From an uncultured Chloroflexia bacterium (lineage in GTDB: Bacteria; Chloroflexota; Anaerolineae; Anaerolineales; UBA11579), in NCBI GenBank assembly GCA_963722735.1, contig CAVROH010000016.1, positions 127,962-191,961 on the forward strand: a stretch of DNA of 64,000 nt. The letters are read 5' to 3'. Positions 63,795 through 64,000 of the stretch are shown here, piece by piece (the stretch's first letter is position 1; every line of letters begins with the position of its first letter). Both the position numbers and the translations under genes were made by a program. The notes below the pieces were generated by a model. That model worked only from the letters and a program-made list of their open reading frames with translations. It was not told where the DNA came from and searched no databases.

Positions 63795-64000
63795 TTACGG
63801 CAGGAATTTGGGCTTTCCGTGCATTGCAACGCTGATCTTGCTGCCTTTTTTATCCTTGGCCGTGTACATCGACCGGTCGGCCAGGTCCACCAGGCTTTCA
63901 AAATCCAGGTTTTCATCCTCCGGCCTCGATTCCAGACCTGCAAGCCCCATACTGACCGCCAGCGGCATCGTCTTGGCGCCCTGCCCGATCTGCACCTTGT
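63795..64000 (-). CDS. C-terminal fragment of a GGDEF-domain diguanylate cyclase; the gene continues beyond the window
   Basis: VSMGLAGL ... SLVDLADRSMYTAKDKKGSKISV matches the last strand and helix of GGDEF domains. The frame stays open up to the window edge. Confidence 0.65.
   Translation of the reverse strand, partial: KVQIGQGAKTMPLAVSMGLAGLESRPEDENLDFESLVDLADRSMYTAKDKKGSKISVAMHGKPKFLP

Overview
This is a 64-kb stretch of a bacterial chromosome. The gene content loosely suggests a Chloroflexota/Anaerolineae-like organism, but that is inference only. I found about 55 protein-coding loci, one cobalamin riboswitch and several intrinsic terminators. I recognised no rRNA, tRNA, CRISPR array, transposase or integrase.

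Blocks in order:
- 1-1.9 kb: Gfo/Idh/MocA oxidoreductase plus a DUF364 protein.
- 2.1-7.0 kb: minus-strand sugar cluster (SIS protein, aldo/keto reductase, FGGY kinase, galT).
- 7.1-15.7 kb: minus-strand operon with a xanthine-dehydrogenase-family enzyme plus a BMP-type ABC transporter.
- 16.0-16.9 kb: panB.
- 17.0-20.3 kb: btuFCD-like transporter behind a cobalamin riboswitch.
- 20.4-24.2 kb: four-gene redox operon (ferredoxin, FAD oxidoreductase, His-rich 5-TM protein, 19-haem cytochrome c). This is my best candidate for an undescribed system.
- 24.4-28.2 kb: corrinoid methyl-transfer operon (corrinoid protein, MtrH-type methyltransferase, DUF1638, RACo-type activase).
- 28.9-34.0 kb: lgt, a sulfotransferase, polX and a UROD/MtaA-family gene.
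- 34.2-36.5 and 43.6-44.7 kb: three paralogous ~378-aa double-GNAT-like proteins. They flank an AT-richer segment holding an HD-GYP protein with two tiny upstream ORFs, an ANT(6) nucleotidyltransferase, a 1060-aa NTPase-TPR-wHTH-BTAD regulator and rarD.
- 44.8-50.4 kb: MFS transporter, FGE-like lipoprotein, DRG-like GTPase plus a zinc-ribbon protein, and a second sulfotransferase.
- 50.7-57.2 kb: glycogen cluster (giant GH13, glgA, malQ).
- 58.1-64 kb: GT2 plus a SAF-domain dehydrogenase, mutL, alkaline phosphatase and a GGDEF fragment.

Caveat for the whole window: about 30 apparent frameshifts break at least 13 otherwise well-conserved genes. They cluster in the most GC-rich stretches, and two junctions I checked lie at C homopolymers. 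I read most of them as assembly indel errors rather than real pseudogenes, but the sequence alone cannot settle that.
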